A stretch of DNA of 64,000 nt from Nitrospirae bacterium MYbin3 (GCA_002753335.1 PEAD01000005.1:62001-126000); one strand, 5' to 3'. Positions 39,305-51,276 are shown, numbered from the stretch's first letter. The notes: generated from the letters alone by a model not told the origin. Program-made: numbers and translations.

Positions 39305-42007
39305 CTACGCAACCGCTATTATACCTCTGAGAACGTAAGGCAGGATACCTCCATTTCGATAATACTCAGCCTCTACCGCAGTATCTATTCTAGACAACAA
39401 CTTGACAGTATGTTCTTCTCTATTTTTGCGCTTGATAACCAGCAATATTTCCTGCATCGGAGCAATCACGTCGGGCAACAGTATATTGAACTCCTCATCT
39501 CCGGTGATGCCAAGCGACTGAACCGAATCACTCCCTGTAAACTGTAAGGGAAGGATTCCCATGCCCACCAGATTCGCTCGATGTATCCGCTCGAAGCTTC
39601 GCGCAATAACCGCCCTCACGCCCAGAAGGCTTGTACCCTTTGCAGCCCAGTCGCGTGATGAACCTGTCCCGTACTCCTCACCGCCAAAAATCAATGTTGG
39701 AGTACCGGCCGCTGAATATTTCATTGCGGCATCATAGATCGTCATCTGCTCGCCCGACGGCTGAAACAGAGTGAGGCCGCCCTCAGCGCGGCTGCCATCT
39801 TCACGCTTTGGAAGCATCATATTTTTTATGCGAAGATGTGCAAAGGTCCCGCGCACCATAACATTGTGGTTGCCTCTCCGGGTTCCATAGCTCTGAAAAT
39901 CCTTTCTGCTCACCCCGCAGCTCTTTAAATAATCTCCGGCAGGAGAGTCTTCCTTTATAGCTCCTGCAGGGCTTATATGGTCGGTGGTTATGGAATCTCC
40001 GAAGATGCCGAGCGCACGGGCTTTTTTGATTTCTTCTACTCCTGCAGCCTTCATGCTGAAAGCTTTAAAGAAAGGCGGAGACGCAATGTATGTTGATTCA
40101 GGCCAATTATATATGCCGCCCTTGACTGATTCAACACCGTTCCATAAATCATGGCCGGTTGTTAAATCACCATAAAAGCTGCGGAACATTACGGAGTCTG
40201 CTGATTGATGCATTAATGCGCTAACCTCAGAACTGTGGGGCCATATATCCTTAAGGAAAACAGGCTGCCCGTCCGAACCTATGCCTAACGACTCTTTATC
40301 GAGGTCCTTTAATACAGACCCCGCAATGGCAAAGGCCACAACAAGAGGTGGACTCATTAAAAAATTTGCTTTAAGGTTCGGATTAATCCTTGCCTCAAAA
40401 TTCCTGTTGCCAGAAAGGACCGCTGCGCACACAAGGTCATTCTGGAGTATTGCTTCCTCTACACCATCCACCAATGGGCCTGAATTGCCTATGCATGTTG
40501 TACAGCCATAGGCAGTAACATAAAAACCTAATTTTTCGAGATAGGGCAAAAGTCCTGTCCTCTTAAGGTATTCGGCAACAACACGCGAACCGGGAGCGAT
40601 CGAGGTCTTAATTCGCTTGTCAACACTCAAACCTTTTTCGACAGCCTTTTTAGCCAATAGTCCGGCAGCCAGCAAAACCGCAGGATTGGAAGTGTTTGTG
40701 CAGGATGTTATGGCCGCTATTATTACATCCCCCGTGCCGACAGAAAGTCCGTTCTCTGTTGGGAAGCGCCTCGAAATATCCTGTGAAGTCTTTCCGAAAC
40801 CTCCGTCCTTATTCGAAGCAGTAAGAATTGAGGAAAAAGAATCCTTTAGTGATATCAGGTCAATCCTGTCCTGTGGCCTTTTCGGCCCTGACACCGAACG
40901 ATTGACCTTTGAAACATCTATCTCCACAACCCGCGTGTAATCTATGTCTCCGGACCTTGGAATTCCGTACATGCCCTGCGCCTTGAAGTATGCGGAAAAG
41001 GCCTTGACCTCTTTCTCTGTGCGGCCGGTTGATTCGAGAAAAGCTGTGACTGCATCATCAACAGGGAAGAACCCCATCGTAGCCCCGTATTCCGGAGCCA
41101 TATTGGCTATTGTTGCCCTGTCGGTTACGGACAAAGCGGCTGCTCCATCTCCAAAAAATTCCACAAAAGCGCCGACAACCTTTTCTTTGCGAAGACGCTC
41201 GGTTACGGTCAGAACCAAATCCGTAGCAGTTATGCCTTCGCTCAGCCTTCCGGTCAAATGAACACCGACCACATCAGGCATAAGAAAATAGAGCGGCTGT
41301 CCCAGCATCCCCGCCTCTGCCTCTATGCCGCCAACACCCCATCCGACAACACCAATCCCATTTATCATGGTAGTATGGCTGTCGGTTCCAACAAGGGTAT
41401 CTGGATAATAAATACCGTCTTTGTGATGCACGCCTCGTGCAAGATATTCAAGATTGACCTGATGCACAATGCCTATGCCTGGAGGAACAACCTTGAATGA
41501 ATTAAAAGCGTTCATCCCCCATTTTAGAAACTGATAGCGTTCGGTGTTGCGGCCGAACTCCATCTCCATATTTTTTTTCAATGCGTCCGATTCACCGTAA
41601 TGATCTATCTGAACCGAATGGTCTATAACAAGATCAACGGGTACGAGCGGTTCGATAATGCCGGGCCCCTTACCTATCTTGACCGCCGCATCACGCATCG
41701 CAGCAAGGTCGCAAAGTAGAGGGACGCCAGTAAAGTCCTGAAGAACAATGCGTGAAACAACAAACGGGATCTCTTCTGTTCGCGAAGCAGCAGGACTCCA
41801 GTTGACGATTTTCTTTATCTGATCTTCGGTTATCCTTATTCCATCGCAATTTCTTATCGCCGATTCCAGAACAATGCGCATAGAAACAGGAAGCCGCGAA
41901 ATATTGCCTATCCCAGCCTTTTCGAGCGCAGGCAGCGAATAAAACTTGAACTCCGCACAATCTCCAGCATTAAAAGCCTGAAGAGTATTAAAAGGATTAC
42001 GCATCAT
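39305..42007 (-). CDS. acnA: Aconitate hydratase A
   Basis: [48 protein letters not shown]. Confidence 0.93.
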   Translation of the reverse strand: MMRNPFNTLQAFNAGDCAEFKFYSLPALEKAGIGNISRLPVSMRIVLESAIRNCDGIRITEDQIKKIVNWSPAASRTEEIPFVVSRIVLQDFTGVPLLCDLAAMRDAAVKIGKGPGIIEPLVPVDLVIDHSVQIDHYGESDALKKNMEMEFGRNTERYQFLKWGMNAFNSFKVVPPGIGIVHQVNLEYLARGVHHKDGIYYPDTLVGTDSHTTMINGIGVVGWGVGGIEAEAGMLGQPLYFLMPDVVGVHLTGRLSEGITATDLVLTVTERLRKEKVVGAFVEFFGDGAAALSVTDRATIANMAPEYGATMGFFPVDDAVTAFLESTGRTEKEVKAFSAYFKAQGMYGIPRSGDIDYTRVVEIDVSKVNRSVSGPKRPQDRIDLISLKDSFSSILTASNKDGGFGKTSQDISRRFPTENGLSVGTGDVIIAAITSCTNTSNPAVLLAAGLLAKKAVEKGLSVDKRIKTSIAPGSRVVAEYLKRTGLLPYLEKLGFYVTAYGCTTCIGNSGPLVDGVEEAILQNDLVCAAVLSGNRNFEARINPNLKANFLMSPPLVVAFAIAGSVLKDLDKESLGIGSDGQPVFLKDIWPHSSEVSALMHQSADSVMFRSFYGDLTTGHDLWNGVESVKGGIYNWPESTYIASPPFFKAFSMKAAGVEEIKKARALGIFGDSITTDHISPAGAIKEDSPAGDYLKSCGVSRKDFQSYGTRRGNHNVMVRGTFAHLRIKNMMLPKREDGSRAEGGLTLFQPSGEQMTIYDAAMKYSAAGTPTLIFGGEEYGTGSSRDWAAKGTSLLGVRAVIARSFERIHRANLVGMGILPLQFTGSDSVQSLGITGDEEFNILLPDVIAPMQEILLVIKRKNREEHTVKLLSRIDTAVEAEYYRNGGILPYVLRGIIAVA

Positions 42008-43455
42008 ATAACGAACATATCAACAAACTCGTTCACCGGAATTTCGGCGAGCGCCTTGCGGTCAAGACAGACATCAAGTATCGCCTTCTGCTGTTTTAAT
42101 GGGAAGCGCCTCGCAAGGTTAGTCCTGAACTTTTCTACAAGCACAGGCATGCCTTCTGCGCGACGGCGGCGATGGCCGATAGGATACTCAACAACAACCT
42201 CATCCATCACAGTTCCATCGTTCAGTTCTACGGTAAGACCGTTCGCTATAGAACGCTTCTCGGGATCGTGGTAATCCTTGGTGAACTGCTTGTCTTCAAC
42301 ACAGGTTATCTTTTCGCGCAAAGCATCAATACGCGGGTCAGAAGCAACACTGTCCTCATAATCCGCCGCAGTAAGCCTCCCAAAAATAATAGGGACAGCA
42401 ACCATATATTGTATACAATGGTCTCTGTCTGCCGGATTATTCAGCGGCCCCTTCTTGTCGATTATTCGTATTGCGGCCTCGTGCGTGCGGATAGAAATCT
42501 TTTTTATATCTTCAGATGTTTTTCCCATCGCCTTGAGCTTTGCATGAATAGTCATGGCGCATTCAACCGAGGTCTGTGAATGAAACTCGGCAGGAAAAGA
42601 TATTTTGAAAAGCACATGCTCCATAACATAAGAGCCGTAAGAACGCTGAAACTTAAACTCATTTCCTCTAAACAACGAGTCGTAAAACCCCCAGCCTTTT
42701 GCTGTTAACACTCCAGGTATGCCCATCTCGCCTTTCTGCGCCATTAGAGCAAGCCTGACTCCGCGTGCTGTGGCATCTCCCGCAGCCCATGATTTACGAG
42801 AGCCGGTGTTGGGCGCATGGCGGTATGTGCGGAGAGACTGTCCGTCAACCCAGGCATGAGAAACCGCATTGATAACTTCATCCTTTGTGCATCCGAGCAT
42901 CCGCGCCACAACGGCAGTAGTGGCAACCTTAACCAGAACCACATGGTCCAAACCCACGCGGTTAAAGGCGTTTTCAAGCGCAATCACTCCCTGTATCTCG
43001 TGCGCTTTGATCATCGCCTCAAGCACTGCCTTCATAGCAAGAGGCTTTTTGCCTTCAGCCACAGCCTTGCGTGAAAGATAATCTGCCATTGCGAGGATGC
43101 CGCCGAGATTGTCCGACGGATGTCCCCATTCTGCTGCAAGCCATGTGTCGTTAAAATCTAGCCAGCGCACCAGCGCGCCTAAATTAAATGCCGCTTGAAC
43201 AGGGTCCAGTTGAAACTGAGTGCCCGGAACCTTCGCGCCGTTCGGAACGATGGTACCCGGAACTATAGGGCCTAAAAGCTTAGTACAGGCTGGATAGCCC
43301 AATGCCTCAAGCCCGCAGCCCAATGTGTCGATGAGACAGAACCGCGCCGTCTCATAAGCCTCGTCGGAACTAATCAAATAATCACAAACATAATCGGCTA
43401 TATCGGCCAGAACCTTATCGGGATCAGGACGAACATTTGAAATATGAGAACTCAT
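42004..43455 (-). CDS. prpD: 2-methylcitrate dehydratase
   Basis: [47 protein letters not shown]. Confidence 0.96.
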   Translation of the reverse strand: MSSHISNVRPDPDKVLADIADYVCDYLISSDEAYETARFCLIDTLGCGLEALGYPACTKLLGPIVPGTIVPNGAKVPGTQFQLDPVQAAFNLGALVRWLDFNDTWLAAEWGHPSDNLGGILAMADYLSRKAVAEGKKPLAMKAVLEAMIKAHEIQGVIALENAFNRVGLDHVVLVKVATTAVVARMLGCTKDEVINAVSHAWVDGQSLRTYRHAPNTGSRKSWAAGDATARGVRLALMAQKGEMGIPGVLTAKGWGFYDSLFRGNEFKFQRSYGSYVMEHVLFKISFPAEFHSQTSVECAMTIHAKLKAMGKTSEDIKKISIRTHEAAIRIIDKKGPLNNPADRDHCIQYMVAVPIIFGRLTAADYEDSVASDPRIDALREKITCVEDKQFTKDYHDPEKRSIANGLTVELNDGTVMDEVVVEYPIGHRRRRAEGMPVLVEKFRTNLARRFPLKQQKAILDVCLDRKALAEIPVNEFVDMFVI

Positions 43456-43502
43456 TCATACACCTCTTTCATAATTTTATTTTTAATGACAGTAACTTTT
43501 TT

Positions 43503-44675
43503 CTACTCGCTATCGTCTCTCTTTCTGTCTATGAGCGTTACAAACCTGCGGTCTTCCTCTCCTATATAGTTTGCGGACGGCCTGATTATTTTATTGTCCA
43601 TTCTCTGTTCGATAATATGAGCGCCCCATCCTGCAGAGCGTGATATAACAAACAGCGGAGTGAACAATGCTGTAGGCACTCCCATCATGTGGTAAGAAAC
43701 AGCCGAATACCAGTCGAGATTCGGAAACATATTTTTTTCGCGCTTCATAACAGTTTCAAGCCTGTCAGCTATCGCAAACAGGTTCATATTGTCCCCTTCA
43801 CTGCAAAGGTTTTTGGCTATCTCTTTTATTATCGAATTGCGCGGGTCGCTGACCGTATAAACAGGATGGCCGAACCCAATGATTATCTCTTTATTCGCGA
43901 CCCTAGCCTTGATGTCTGCTTCGGCTTCGTCCGGAGTTTTGTAACGCCTCTGTATTTCATAAGCAGCTTCGTTTGCACCGCCATGCTTGGGGCCGCGCAG
44001 AGTTCCTATGGCTCCGGTCATGGATGAATAGACATCAGACAGAGTGCCGGTAATTACACGCGCCGCAAAAGTGGAGGCCGCAAATTCGTGCTCGGCATAA
44101 AGTATTAGAGACTGGTCGAGTGCGCGTTCCTGCACTGAAGAGGGTTTCCTGCCATGCAGCAGATGCAAAATATGGCCTGCTATTGTTTCATCGTCAGTTT
44201 CTACATCTATTCTTTTTCCGTTTTGGCTGTAGTGCCACCAGTACATCAGCACCGAACCGAATGAGGCGATAAGCCTGTCTATAATGTCGCGTGTGCCTTG
44301 AATGTTCCTGTCGTCCTTCTCTGGCAGCACGCAGCCCAACATGGAGCAGGCTGTCCTCAAAACATCCATAGGATGAGCGGATGCAGGTATCTGCTCAAGC
44401 GTCTGGCGCAGATTGACAGGAATGCCGCGCAGGCTCTTCAGCTTCCTGATGTATTCCTTCAGATCTGATGCAGAAGGCAGTTCGTCATGAACAAGAAGAT
44501 GCGCCACCTCTTCAAAGGTGGCATGCGTTGCGAGTTCAACTATGTCGTAGCCGCGGTAATGCAGGTCATTGCCTGTGCGTCCGACTGTGCAGACCGCTGT
44601 GTTCCCTGCTATTACACCCGACAGCGCCACAGATTTTTTGACCTTGGTGCTTATCATTTCAACTTCTTTGCTCAT
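43503..44675 (-). CDS. prpC: 2-methylcitrate synthase
   Basis: [45 protein letters not shown]. Confidence 0.94.
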   Translation of the reverse strand: MSKEVEMISTKVKKSVALSGVIAGNTAVCTVGRTGNDLHYRGYDIVELATHATFEEVAHLLVHDELPSASDLKEYIRKLKSLRGIPVNLRQTLEQIPASAHPMDVLRTACSMLGCVLPEKDDRNIQGTRDIIDRLIASFGSVLMYWWHYSQNGKRIDVETDDETIAGHILHLLHGRKPSSVQERALDQSLILYAEHEFAASTFAARVITGTLSDVYSSMTGAIGTLRGPKHGGANEAAYEIQRRYKTPDEAEADIKARVANKEIIIGFGHPVYTVSDPRNSIIKEIAKNLCSEGDNMNLFAIADRLETVMKREKNMFPNLDWYSAVSYHMMGVPTALFTPLFVISRSAGWGAHIIEQRMDNKIIRPSANYIGEEDRRFVTLIDRKRDDSE

Positions 44676-45550
44676 TTCTTTTCCTCCTTAGAAAAAATCG
44701 TGTCCAGTTTTTGTTCAAAGGCATGGTAATCGAGATAGTCATAGAGTTCTGCCCTTGTCTGCAGAATATCCACAACAGCCTTCTGCGAACCATCTCTGCG
44801 AATCGCTCCATACACATGAAGCGCAGCCTTGCTCATTGCTCGAAAAGCGGAGAGCGGATAAAGGACAAGAGAAACGTCAGAAGCCCTCAGTTCTTCAACC
44901 GTGTATAAAGGAGTGGAACCGAACTCTGTGATATTTGCAAGAACAGGGACCTTGACCGCAGCCGCAAACCGCTTGTACATGGACAAGTCTGTCATAGCTT
45001 CCGGAAAGATCATATCAGCGCCTGCTTCGACACATGCGCAGGCCCTGTCGATTGCAGCCTCCAAGCCTTCGACCGCAAGTGCATCAGTTCTGGCCATTAT
45101 CACAAATTCGGGGTCTGTTATAGCGTCAACCGCCGCCTTAATCCTGTCAACCATCTCATCCTTGCTGACTATAGCCTTGCCCGGACGATGGCCGCAGCGT
45201 TTTGCCTGCACCTGATCTTCAATATGCACAGCCCCTGCACCCGCTTTAATCATGGCTTTGATTGTACGCGCTATATTGAAAGCCCCTCCCCAACCTGTAT
45301 CAATGTCAACAAGAATAGGCAGCTCGGTGATATCGGTTAAGCGATTAAGGTCTGTAAGCACATCATCAAAACTGCTTATGCCGAGGTCCGGCATGCCCAG
45401 CGAGCTTGCGGCAACTCCTCCGCCCGACAGATAAAGGGCCTTAAAACCTGTGCGCTCAGCAAGACGCGCAGCATAAGCGTTTATTGCCCCGACAACCTGA
45501 AGCGGCTTTTCGTTCTTTACCGCCTCTCTAAAACGGGCTCCCTGACTCAT
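44672..45550 (-). CDS. prpB: Methylisocitrate lyase
   Basis: [34 protein letters not shown]. Confidence 0.96.
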   Translation of the reverse strand: MSQGARFREAVKNEKPLQVVGAINAYAARLAERTGFKALYLSGGGVAASSLGMPDLGISSFDDVLTDLNRLTDITELPILVDIDTGWGGAFNIARTIKAMIKAGAGAVHIEDQVQAKRCGHRPGKAIVSKDEMVDRIKAAVDAITDPEFVIMARTDALAVEGLEAAIDRACACVEAGADMIFPEAMTDLSMYKRFAAAVKVPVLANITEFGSTPLYTVEELRASDVSLVLYPLSAFRAMSKAALHVYGAIRRDGSQKAVVDILQTRAELYDYLDYHAFEQKLDTIFSKEEKK

Positions 45551-45760
45551 AATAATTCCTCCTCAAGCTAATATATTGGTTATTTGACAGCTCTTGAATA
45601 AGACAGATTACATTATTTGCAAGAGATATGCCCGAAATATGATTAAATTGAACTTGTTGTTTTTAAAGAATTCGATAAAAACAGGACTGCACTATATTGC
45701 AGTTTGATCATTAATAGTGCATGCAATATTCTGCACTGCGAATTAAAAAGTTTAAAATCG

Positions 45761-46696
45761 TCAGTTGCTGCTTTCGGTTTCCTGAAAATCTTCGTCAGTA
45801 AAAACAAGATTGTGGCCGTAAGCCTTGCCGCGCTCAAGGATATACAATGCCCTGCCGGTTATTGTCTGAATAGTATCTTCCGGCATTGAAACCGTGGCCC
45901 CCATAGTTAATGTAACCTTGACCACAAGCTGCTCGTGCACCTCAACAAAAGAGTTTTCTATTATCAGGCGTAATTTATTTGCCACGCTCACCAACTGCTG
46001 CTGATTTATATGGCTTACAACCGCAAGGAAATCCTCTTCCCCCCATCGGCCGACAAGATCCCATGATCTGACATTACCCTCGAGAGTTCTAGCAACCATA
46101 TTGAAAACCTGCTGCTCGATTTCGTGCGTAAATATTTCGTCTATGTCCCTCAGATCGTCAACAGATATGAGAATTATCCCAAACGAAATATTATGTTTTT
46201 GTTTGTGCTCAAGGCTCGACCTTAGCTTCATCTCAACATATTTCTGATTCGCAAGTCCTGTGAAAGAATCTATAAGGTCAGCCTTCTTAAGATCCTCTAT
46301 AAGCTCTTCATCAATATTTCTGAATACATTTTCTCTGAAAACCTCTATTGCGCCGACTATATTACCCTTTGAGTCTGTTACAGGAGTTATGTGAATCCTC
46401 ACAGGAACTCGGTGACCATCCTTGTGGCGGATATACACGTCTCCGGAGTTTTCGCTGCAGGTGCACATCGACTTGTTGAATACACAGTTAAGCATGCAGA
46501 GGTCATTTCCATTCCTATCCAGATGCGTCAGTATGCCTCCGGAGCATCGAGCACCGATTATGTCAGCTTCGCTGTAGCCGGTTATCCTCTCGGCGCTCTT
46601 ATTCCAATGAAGAATACGCTTTTGATTATCTATAAAATAGACGCCCTCATGCACCGAATCGAACAACTGATGATAAAATTCAATCAATCCCAACAT
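45761..46696 (-). CDS. PAS plus degenerate GGDEF domain protein
   Basis: PAS (WNKSAERITGY); DSFTGLAN; GRWGEEDF in place of GG(D/E)EF. Confidence 0.8.
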   Translation of the reverse strand: MLGLIEFYHQLFDSVHEGVYFIDNQKRILHWNKSAERITGYSEADIIGARCSGGILTHLDRNGNDLCMLNCVFNKSMCTCSENSGDVYIRHKDGHRVPVRIHITPVTDSKGNIVGAIEVFRENVFRNIDEELIEDLKKADLIDSFTGLANQKYVEMKLRSSLEHKQKHNISFGIILISVDDLRDIDEIFTHEIEQQVFNMVARTLEGNVRSWDLVGRWGEEDFLAVVSHINQQQLVSVANKLRLIIENSFVEVHEQLVVKVTLTMGATVSMPEDTIQTITGRALYILERGKAYGHNLVFTDEDFQETESSN

Positions 46697-46897
46697 ATCG
46701 CAGCCCCATTCATTGTATTTTGATTAAGAATATCATATTGGCATTGATTATTTAAAGAAAACTGAAATGTACGATTTGCCATTCGTTCCCTTGCACAACA
46801 ATACAAAAATAGTGTACCATCGTGAATACATGATTATTTACCTTTAATTACAGGGTGTTGCATTCGTCAGAGGGCAATATATTTCGGGGAGGATATT

Positions 46898-47263
46898 ATG
46901 CGGAAATTTTTCATCTGCTGCACAATCATAATCTTATTCATGGCATCAATAGCGGACGCTGCAGACTGGAAGCTTTACTCGGCAAATGAAGTTTACAAAT
47001 ACTTTTACGATGCATCCAGATTAAAGCGCACCGGCCAGAATATTTTTAAGGTTAAGGCAAAAGAAGTTGCCGGAAACAATATGACACTGGTGTTGGCAGA
47101 AATAAACTGCAACACAGAAGCGATAAGGGTTCACTCGATCACAATTTATGATGTGGCCACAAACAAAGCCATCCATTCATACAAATATGATGCTCCACCG
47201 TGGGATTTTGTTCATCCTGAACCTGAAGGAGAATCACTGACAAAAGCTGTCTGCAAAAAATAG
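46898..47263 (+). CDS. Secreted surface-adhesin-E-like protein
   Basis: Signal peptide; ADWKLY...YFYD, EINC, YD, WDFV.P...E.L..AVC. Confidence 0.65.
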   Translation: MRKFFICCTIIILFMASIADAADWKLYSANEVYKYFYDASRLKRTGQNIFKVKAKEVAGNNMTLVLAEINCNTEAIRVHSITIYDVATNKAIHSYKYDAPPWDFVHPEPEGESLTKAVCKK

Positions 47264-47302
47264 AGCGCTGTTTTATGCGGGCAACTGCCGTTCTATTTGG
47301 CT

Positions 47303-48538
47303 TTAAATTTCTTCTATACGCTCTCTTAAAGACATTAATAATACAAGCCCCGGGATTGCTGTTAGTACGGTTACAAAAAAGAATGCAGGCCACCCTATTC
47401 CCTCAACCACAAAACCTGCTGTCGGAGCTATAAAGGTCCTTCCAAGGGCTGCCAACGAAGATAATACTGCGTATTGAGTGGCGCTAAACTGTTGATTGCA
47501 AAGAGACATAAGAAGAGATACGAATGCTGCGGTACCCAAGCCTCCGCAGAGATTTTCGAAACCAACAGCAAAAATCAGCATGGCGTAACTTTTGCCTGCC
47601 CAGGCAAGAAGCATGAATGAGAAATTAGACAAAGCCTGCAAAATTCCGAAAAACATAAGAGAGCGGTATAGCTTTAGCCGCACCATCAATGCACCGCCTG
47701 CCAATGCACCAAGTATAGTAGAAATAAGCCCTAAGCCCTTGTTTATGGTTCCTACCTCGGTTGGAGTAAATCCGACGCCTCTTATCAAAAAAGCTGTGGT
47801 AAGGCTTCCGGCATATGCATCACCCAATTTGTAAAGAATGATAAGGGCAAGCATTAATATTGCCGCATCCCTCGAAAAATAGTCCTTCAATGGCCCCAAA
47901 ACAGCTTGTTGTAATGTCTTAGGCGAATGAATTTGTCCGTCAGGTTCGGGGCCTAAAAAAGTTCCGCAGAGGCCTAGTGCCATAACCAGAGACATGAACA
48001 TATAGGTGGACTGCCAACCGATGCGGTCTGCAATTATCAGTGCCAACGCACCAGATACCAGCATAGCAATACGATAACCCATAACAGATACAGCAACACC
48101 AGCCCCCCTTTCGGAATCTTGCAGCACGTCTGTTCTATAGGCATCGATCACTATGTCTTGAGAAGCTGATAAGAAAGCCAATGACAGGGCAAGAATGCTC
48201 AATGCAACAGGTGCAGACTGAGGAGTTAAGAGAGAAATTGCAGCCATATTAGCCGCAATCAATATTTGGGCAAGGAGTATCCAGCCGCGCCTCCTTCCGA
48301 GCCAAGGAAGACTGAAGCGGTCCATCAAAGGAGACCAAAGAAATTTTACCGTATAAGGAAGTCCAACCGCTGACAAAAGCCCGATGGTCACCAGGTCTAT
48401 GCCTATAACCGTAAGCCATGCCTGCAAAGTGCCGGCAGTCAGCGCAAGCGGCAGCCCTGATGAAAAACCGAGCAGCATAACCGCAGCTATGCGCCTGTTT
48501 CTGAATGCCTCAAAATATGGAGCTAATGTATTCCTCAT
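47303..48538 (-). CDS. ampG: AmpG muropeptide permease
   Basis: LGFSSGLPL, KFLWSPLMDR, SASQDIVIDAYR, FSATQYA. Confidence 0.92.
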   Translation of the reverse strand: MRNTLAPYFEAFRNRRIAAVMLLGFSSGLPLALTAGTLQAWLTVIGIDLVTIGLLSAVGLPYTVKFLWSPLMDRFSLPWLGRRRGWILLAQILIAANMAAISLLTPQSAPVALSILALSLAFLSASQDIVIDAYRTDVLQDSERGAGVAVSVMGYRIAMLVSGALALIIADRIGWQSTYMFMSLVMALGLCGTFLGPEPDGQIHSPKTLQQAVLGPLKDYFSRDAAILMLALIILYKLGDAYAGSLTTAFLIRGVGFTPTEVGTINKGLGLISTILGALAGGALMVRLKLYRSLMFFGILQALSNFSFMLLAWAGKSYAMLIFAVGFENLCGGLGTAAFVSLLMSLCNQQFSATQYAVLSSLAALGRTFIAPTAGFVVEGIGWPAFFFVTVLTAIPGLVLLMSLRERIEEI

Positions 48539-48619
48539 GATTGCCAGCTTTTTCTTTTAATCTATGTTTATGATAAACTTTTCGGCATTGTATGTTGCAA
48601 TATATTTTTGAAAGGATAA

Positions 48620-49177
48620 ATGATACTCAATACTTCAATATATAGATTATCAGCAATTTTCTGGTTTATTGTATTCACATTATTCCCATCAGACATATTT
48701 GCAGAGAGCGCTTTTAAAACTTACGGCAATATCGGACAGATTGCTCTTCCTGCTGCTGCTCTGTCTTTAACCGCCATAAAAGAAGACAAAGATGGAGCTA
48801 TTCAATTTACAAAAGCATTTTCCGCCACAACAGCGACAACTTACGCTCTTAAATATTCTATCAATGAAACAAGACCCAATGGCGGAAAACATTCATTCCC
48901 CTCAGGACATACTGCTTTTGCTTTTGTGGGCGCTGCATTTTCACAGCAAAGATACGGCTGCAGCTATGGCATCCCTATGTATATCGCAGCAACATTAGTC
49001 GGAGCAAGCAGACTGACCAGCAAAGAACACCATTTTCATGACGTTGCTGCAGGTGCGGTTATAGGCATCGGAGCAAACATAATCTTTACTAAAAAATTCA
49101 AGGAAAACAAGCTGGCCCTTATACCAATGATTGCTGATAATGGCGGTGGAGCAATGTTTCTTTATAGTTTCAAATGA
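48620..49177 (+). CDS. PAP2-family phosphatase
   Basis: LKY...RP, SFPSGH, SR....HH..DV. Confidence 0.88.
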   Translation: MILNTSIYRLSAIFWFIVFTLFPSDIFAESAFKTYGNIGQIALPAAALSLTAIKEDKDGAIQFTKAFSATTATTYALKYSINETRPNGGKHSFPSGHTAFAFVGAAFSQQRYGCSYGIPMYIAATLVGASRLTSKEHHFHDVAAGAVIGIGANIIFTKKFKENKLALIPMIADNGGGAMFLYSFK

Positions 49178-49328
49178 CGTTAACATTAAAAAATCCAACG
49201 ACTATATCACCCAACTTTAAAAACAATATTTTATAAGAGCCCTCTAAAAAATTGAATTAAATTAATAGGTAAGTTAGAATAAATGTTATTGGATTTTCCG
49301 TTCTTTTTAGAAAAAAAATCTGATAGTT

Positions 49329-49420
<92 letters not shown>

Positions 49421-49639
49421 GATTATGCTCTTACCCATTAGAAGTGTTTGCAATCTGTAACACCTTATTTTCTTTCCCATGCAGCAAGTTCTGCGTGTTG
49501 TCTCCGTATACTCCTGAGGTATTCCGTTCTGTATCAACGTTTAGCTTGTAGGTAGAGTTGAGAGATCTGCCTAACAAAAATCTTCAGTCAATCTACGTAA
49601 TAACTCTTTGCACAAAAGCAAAAATACAAGCTACTTATT

Positions 49640-49668
49640 TTGCTTTTAGGCAAATAAGTTAGTATAAT
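49640..49668 (+). promoter_or_regulatory. sigma70-like promoter of the AAA ATPase gene
   Basis: TTGCTT-N17-TATAAT, 6 nt before ATG 49675, within inverted repeats. Confidence 0.65.
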
Positions 49669-49674
49669 AACTCA

Positions 49675-50847
49675 ATGCTGAAAATCAGAACTCTCACACC
49701 ATATATAGCGGAAGATCTGAAGCATAAGATGGTTTTTGTGGGTGGACCGCGCCAAGTAGGCAAGACAACCCTCTGCAGGAACTTAGTTGCTGCATCTTTT
49801 CGGAATCACGCATATTTCAATTGGGACAACAGGACTGACCGAAGGAAGATTATGTCGGCATCGTGGCCCGGTGATGCTGAACTTTTAATCTTTGATGAGA
49901 TCCATAAGTATCGGAAGTGGAAGGGACTAATTAAGGGTGAATACGATAAGCTGAATGACAGGTTCAAGTTTCTAGTTACCGGCAGTGCCAGGCTTGATCT
50001 TTACAGAAAGGGTGGCGATTCCTTACAGGGAAGATATCATTACTACAGGCTTCACCCCTTTGCGCTGGCCGAGATGGAAAACATTCCCTACAAGGCCTCG
50101 GTGTTAGGTGAAATACCAGTAGGGCAGGAGTTTTATCAGGATACTTTGAATGTTCTAGACAGTTTTGGAGGATTTCCAGAGCCAGTCACCGGACAGAGCA
50201 AACGTCAGCTTAGGCGTTGGCATAATGAGAAGATCGAAAGAATGTTTCGGGAAGACATAATGGATGTCCAGACAATCAGGGATATAGGCAACATGAAACT
50301 CTTGAGCGACATACTGCCAACAAAGGTCGGCTCTCTTTTATCGCTCAATGCGATACGAGAGGATCTGGAGATCAGCCATCGTGCCGTAAGTCATTGGATG
50401 GATATTCTTGAGACTTTCTACTACCAGTTTCGTATATATCCATACTCGACAAAGACCATACGGTCTCTTAAAAAAGAGCCTAAATTATACTTATGGGATT
50501 GGTCGGAGGTTGAGGATGAGGCTGCACGCTTTGAAAACCTCATAGCGTCTCATCTTCTTAAATTCGTGCATTTCATCATAGACCATGAAGGGCACAAGGC
50601 GGAACTGAACTATCTGAGAGATGTAGACAAGCGTGAAGTGGATTTCCTTGTGACGATCAATAAAAAACCCTGGTTTGCTGTTGATTGTAAACTCAATGAT
50701 ACTTCTTTATCATCAAACCTGCTTTATTTCAGGGACAGGCTAGCTATTCCATATGTCTATCAGGTGGTAAAAAAAGACAAAACGGACAGTATCGAGAAAG
50801 GCGCCAGGATTATTTCGGCTGGAAGATTCCTTTCAGGCCTTGTTTGA
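49675..50847 (+). CDS. AAA_14 ATPase with DUF4143 domain
   Basis: GPRQVGKTT, IFDEIHK, VTGSA, GGFPEP, K.PKLYLWD, FEN, REVDF, .CK. Confidence 0.88.
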   Translation: MLKIRTLTPYIAEDLKHKMVFVGGPRQVGKTTLCRNLVAASFRNHAYFNWDNRTDRRKIMSASWPGDAELLIFDEIHKYRKWKGLIKGEYDKLNDRFKFLVTGSARLDLYRKGGDSLQGRYHYYRLHPFALAEMENIPYKASVLGEIPVGQEFYQDTLNVLDSFGGFPEPVTGQSKRQLRRWHNEKIERMFREDIMDVQTIRDIGNMKLLSDILPTKVGSLLSLNAIREDLEISHRAVSHWMDILETFYYQFRIYPYSTKTIRSLKKEPKLYLWDWSEVEDEAARFENLIASHLLKFVHFIIDHEGHKAELNYLRDVDKREVDFLVTINKKPWFAVDCKLNDTSLSSNLLYFRDRLAIPYVYQVVKKDKTDSIEKGARIISAGRFLSGLV

Positions 50848-51078
50848 AAAATACTGATTGCCGATTGACTGTTTAGGGTTCATCGCCATCCAATGCCATG
50901 ATATGAAGGCTTGTGCATCTGGATTACGACCACCACCACTGTTGCAAGGAATGCAACTTAAACAGTTAGTGGCCAGCTATTGCATTACATCTGTTTTTCC
51001 CATTTGTTTTGTTATAGGATATAACACATTTACTATTATCTGATATCTGAAACTGAGTGGACTATTCCCGTTGACATA

Positions 51079-51100
51079 ACTCGTTCCGTACTCGTTCCGT
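51079..51100. repeat. Tandem 11-bp repeat ACTCGTTCCGT x2 next to the right att repeat
   Basis: 51079-51089 and 51090-51100. Confidence 0.8.
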
Positions 51101-51179
51101 TTTATGCTATAATCCTTTGTTGCATGCGGGCTGCCGAGGGTTCGAATCCCTTCCTCTCCGCCATGATTTTCTATATCCG

Positions 51180-51276
51180 GGGGTCGGCCCTGCGCAGCAG
51201 GCCGGTGTGAACCCCGCCAGATCCGGAAGGAAGCAACGGTAAGCATTATGTCTGGGTGCCGCAGCAAGCCGGTCCC
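51180..51276 (+). ncRNA. ffs: Signal recognition particle 4.5S RNA
   Basis: CCGCCAGATCCGGAAGGAAGCAACGG domain IV, terminal pairing, located upstream of dnaX. Confidence 0.93.

Noticed and set aside
51071..51113. TTGACA...TATAAT as a canonical promoter
   Set aside because: The spacer is 31 nt; at most an extended -10 (TGcTATAAT) for ffs
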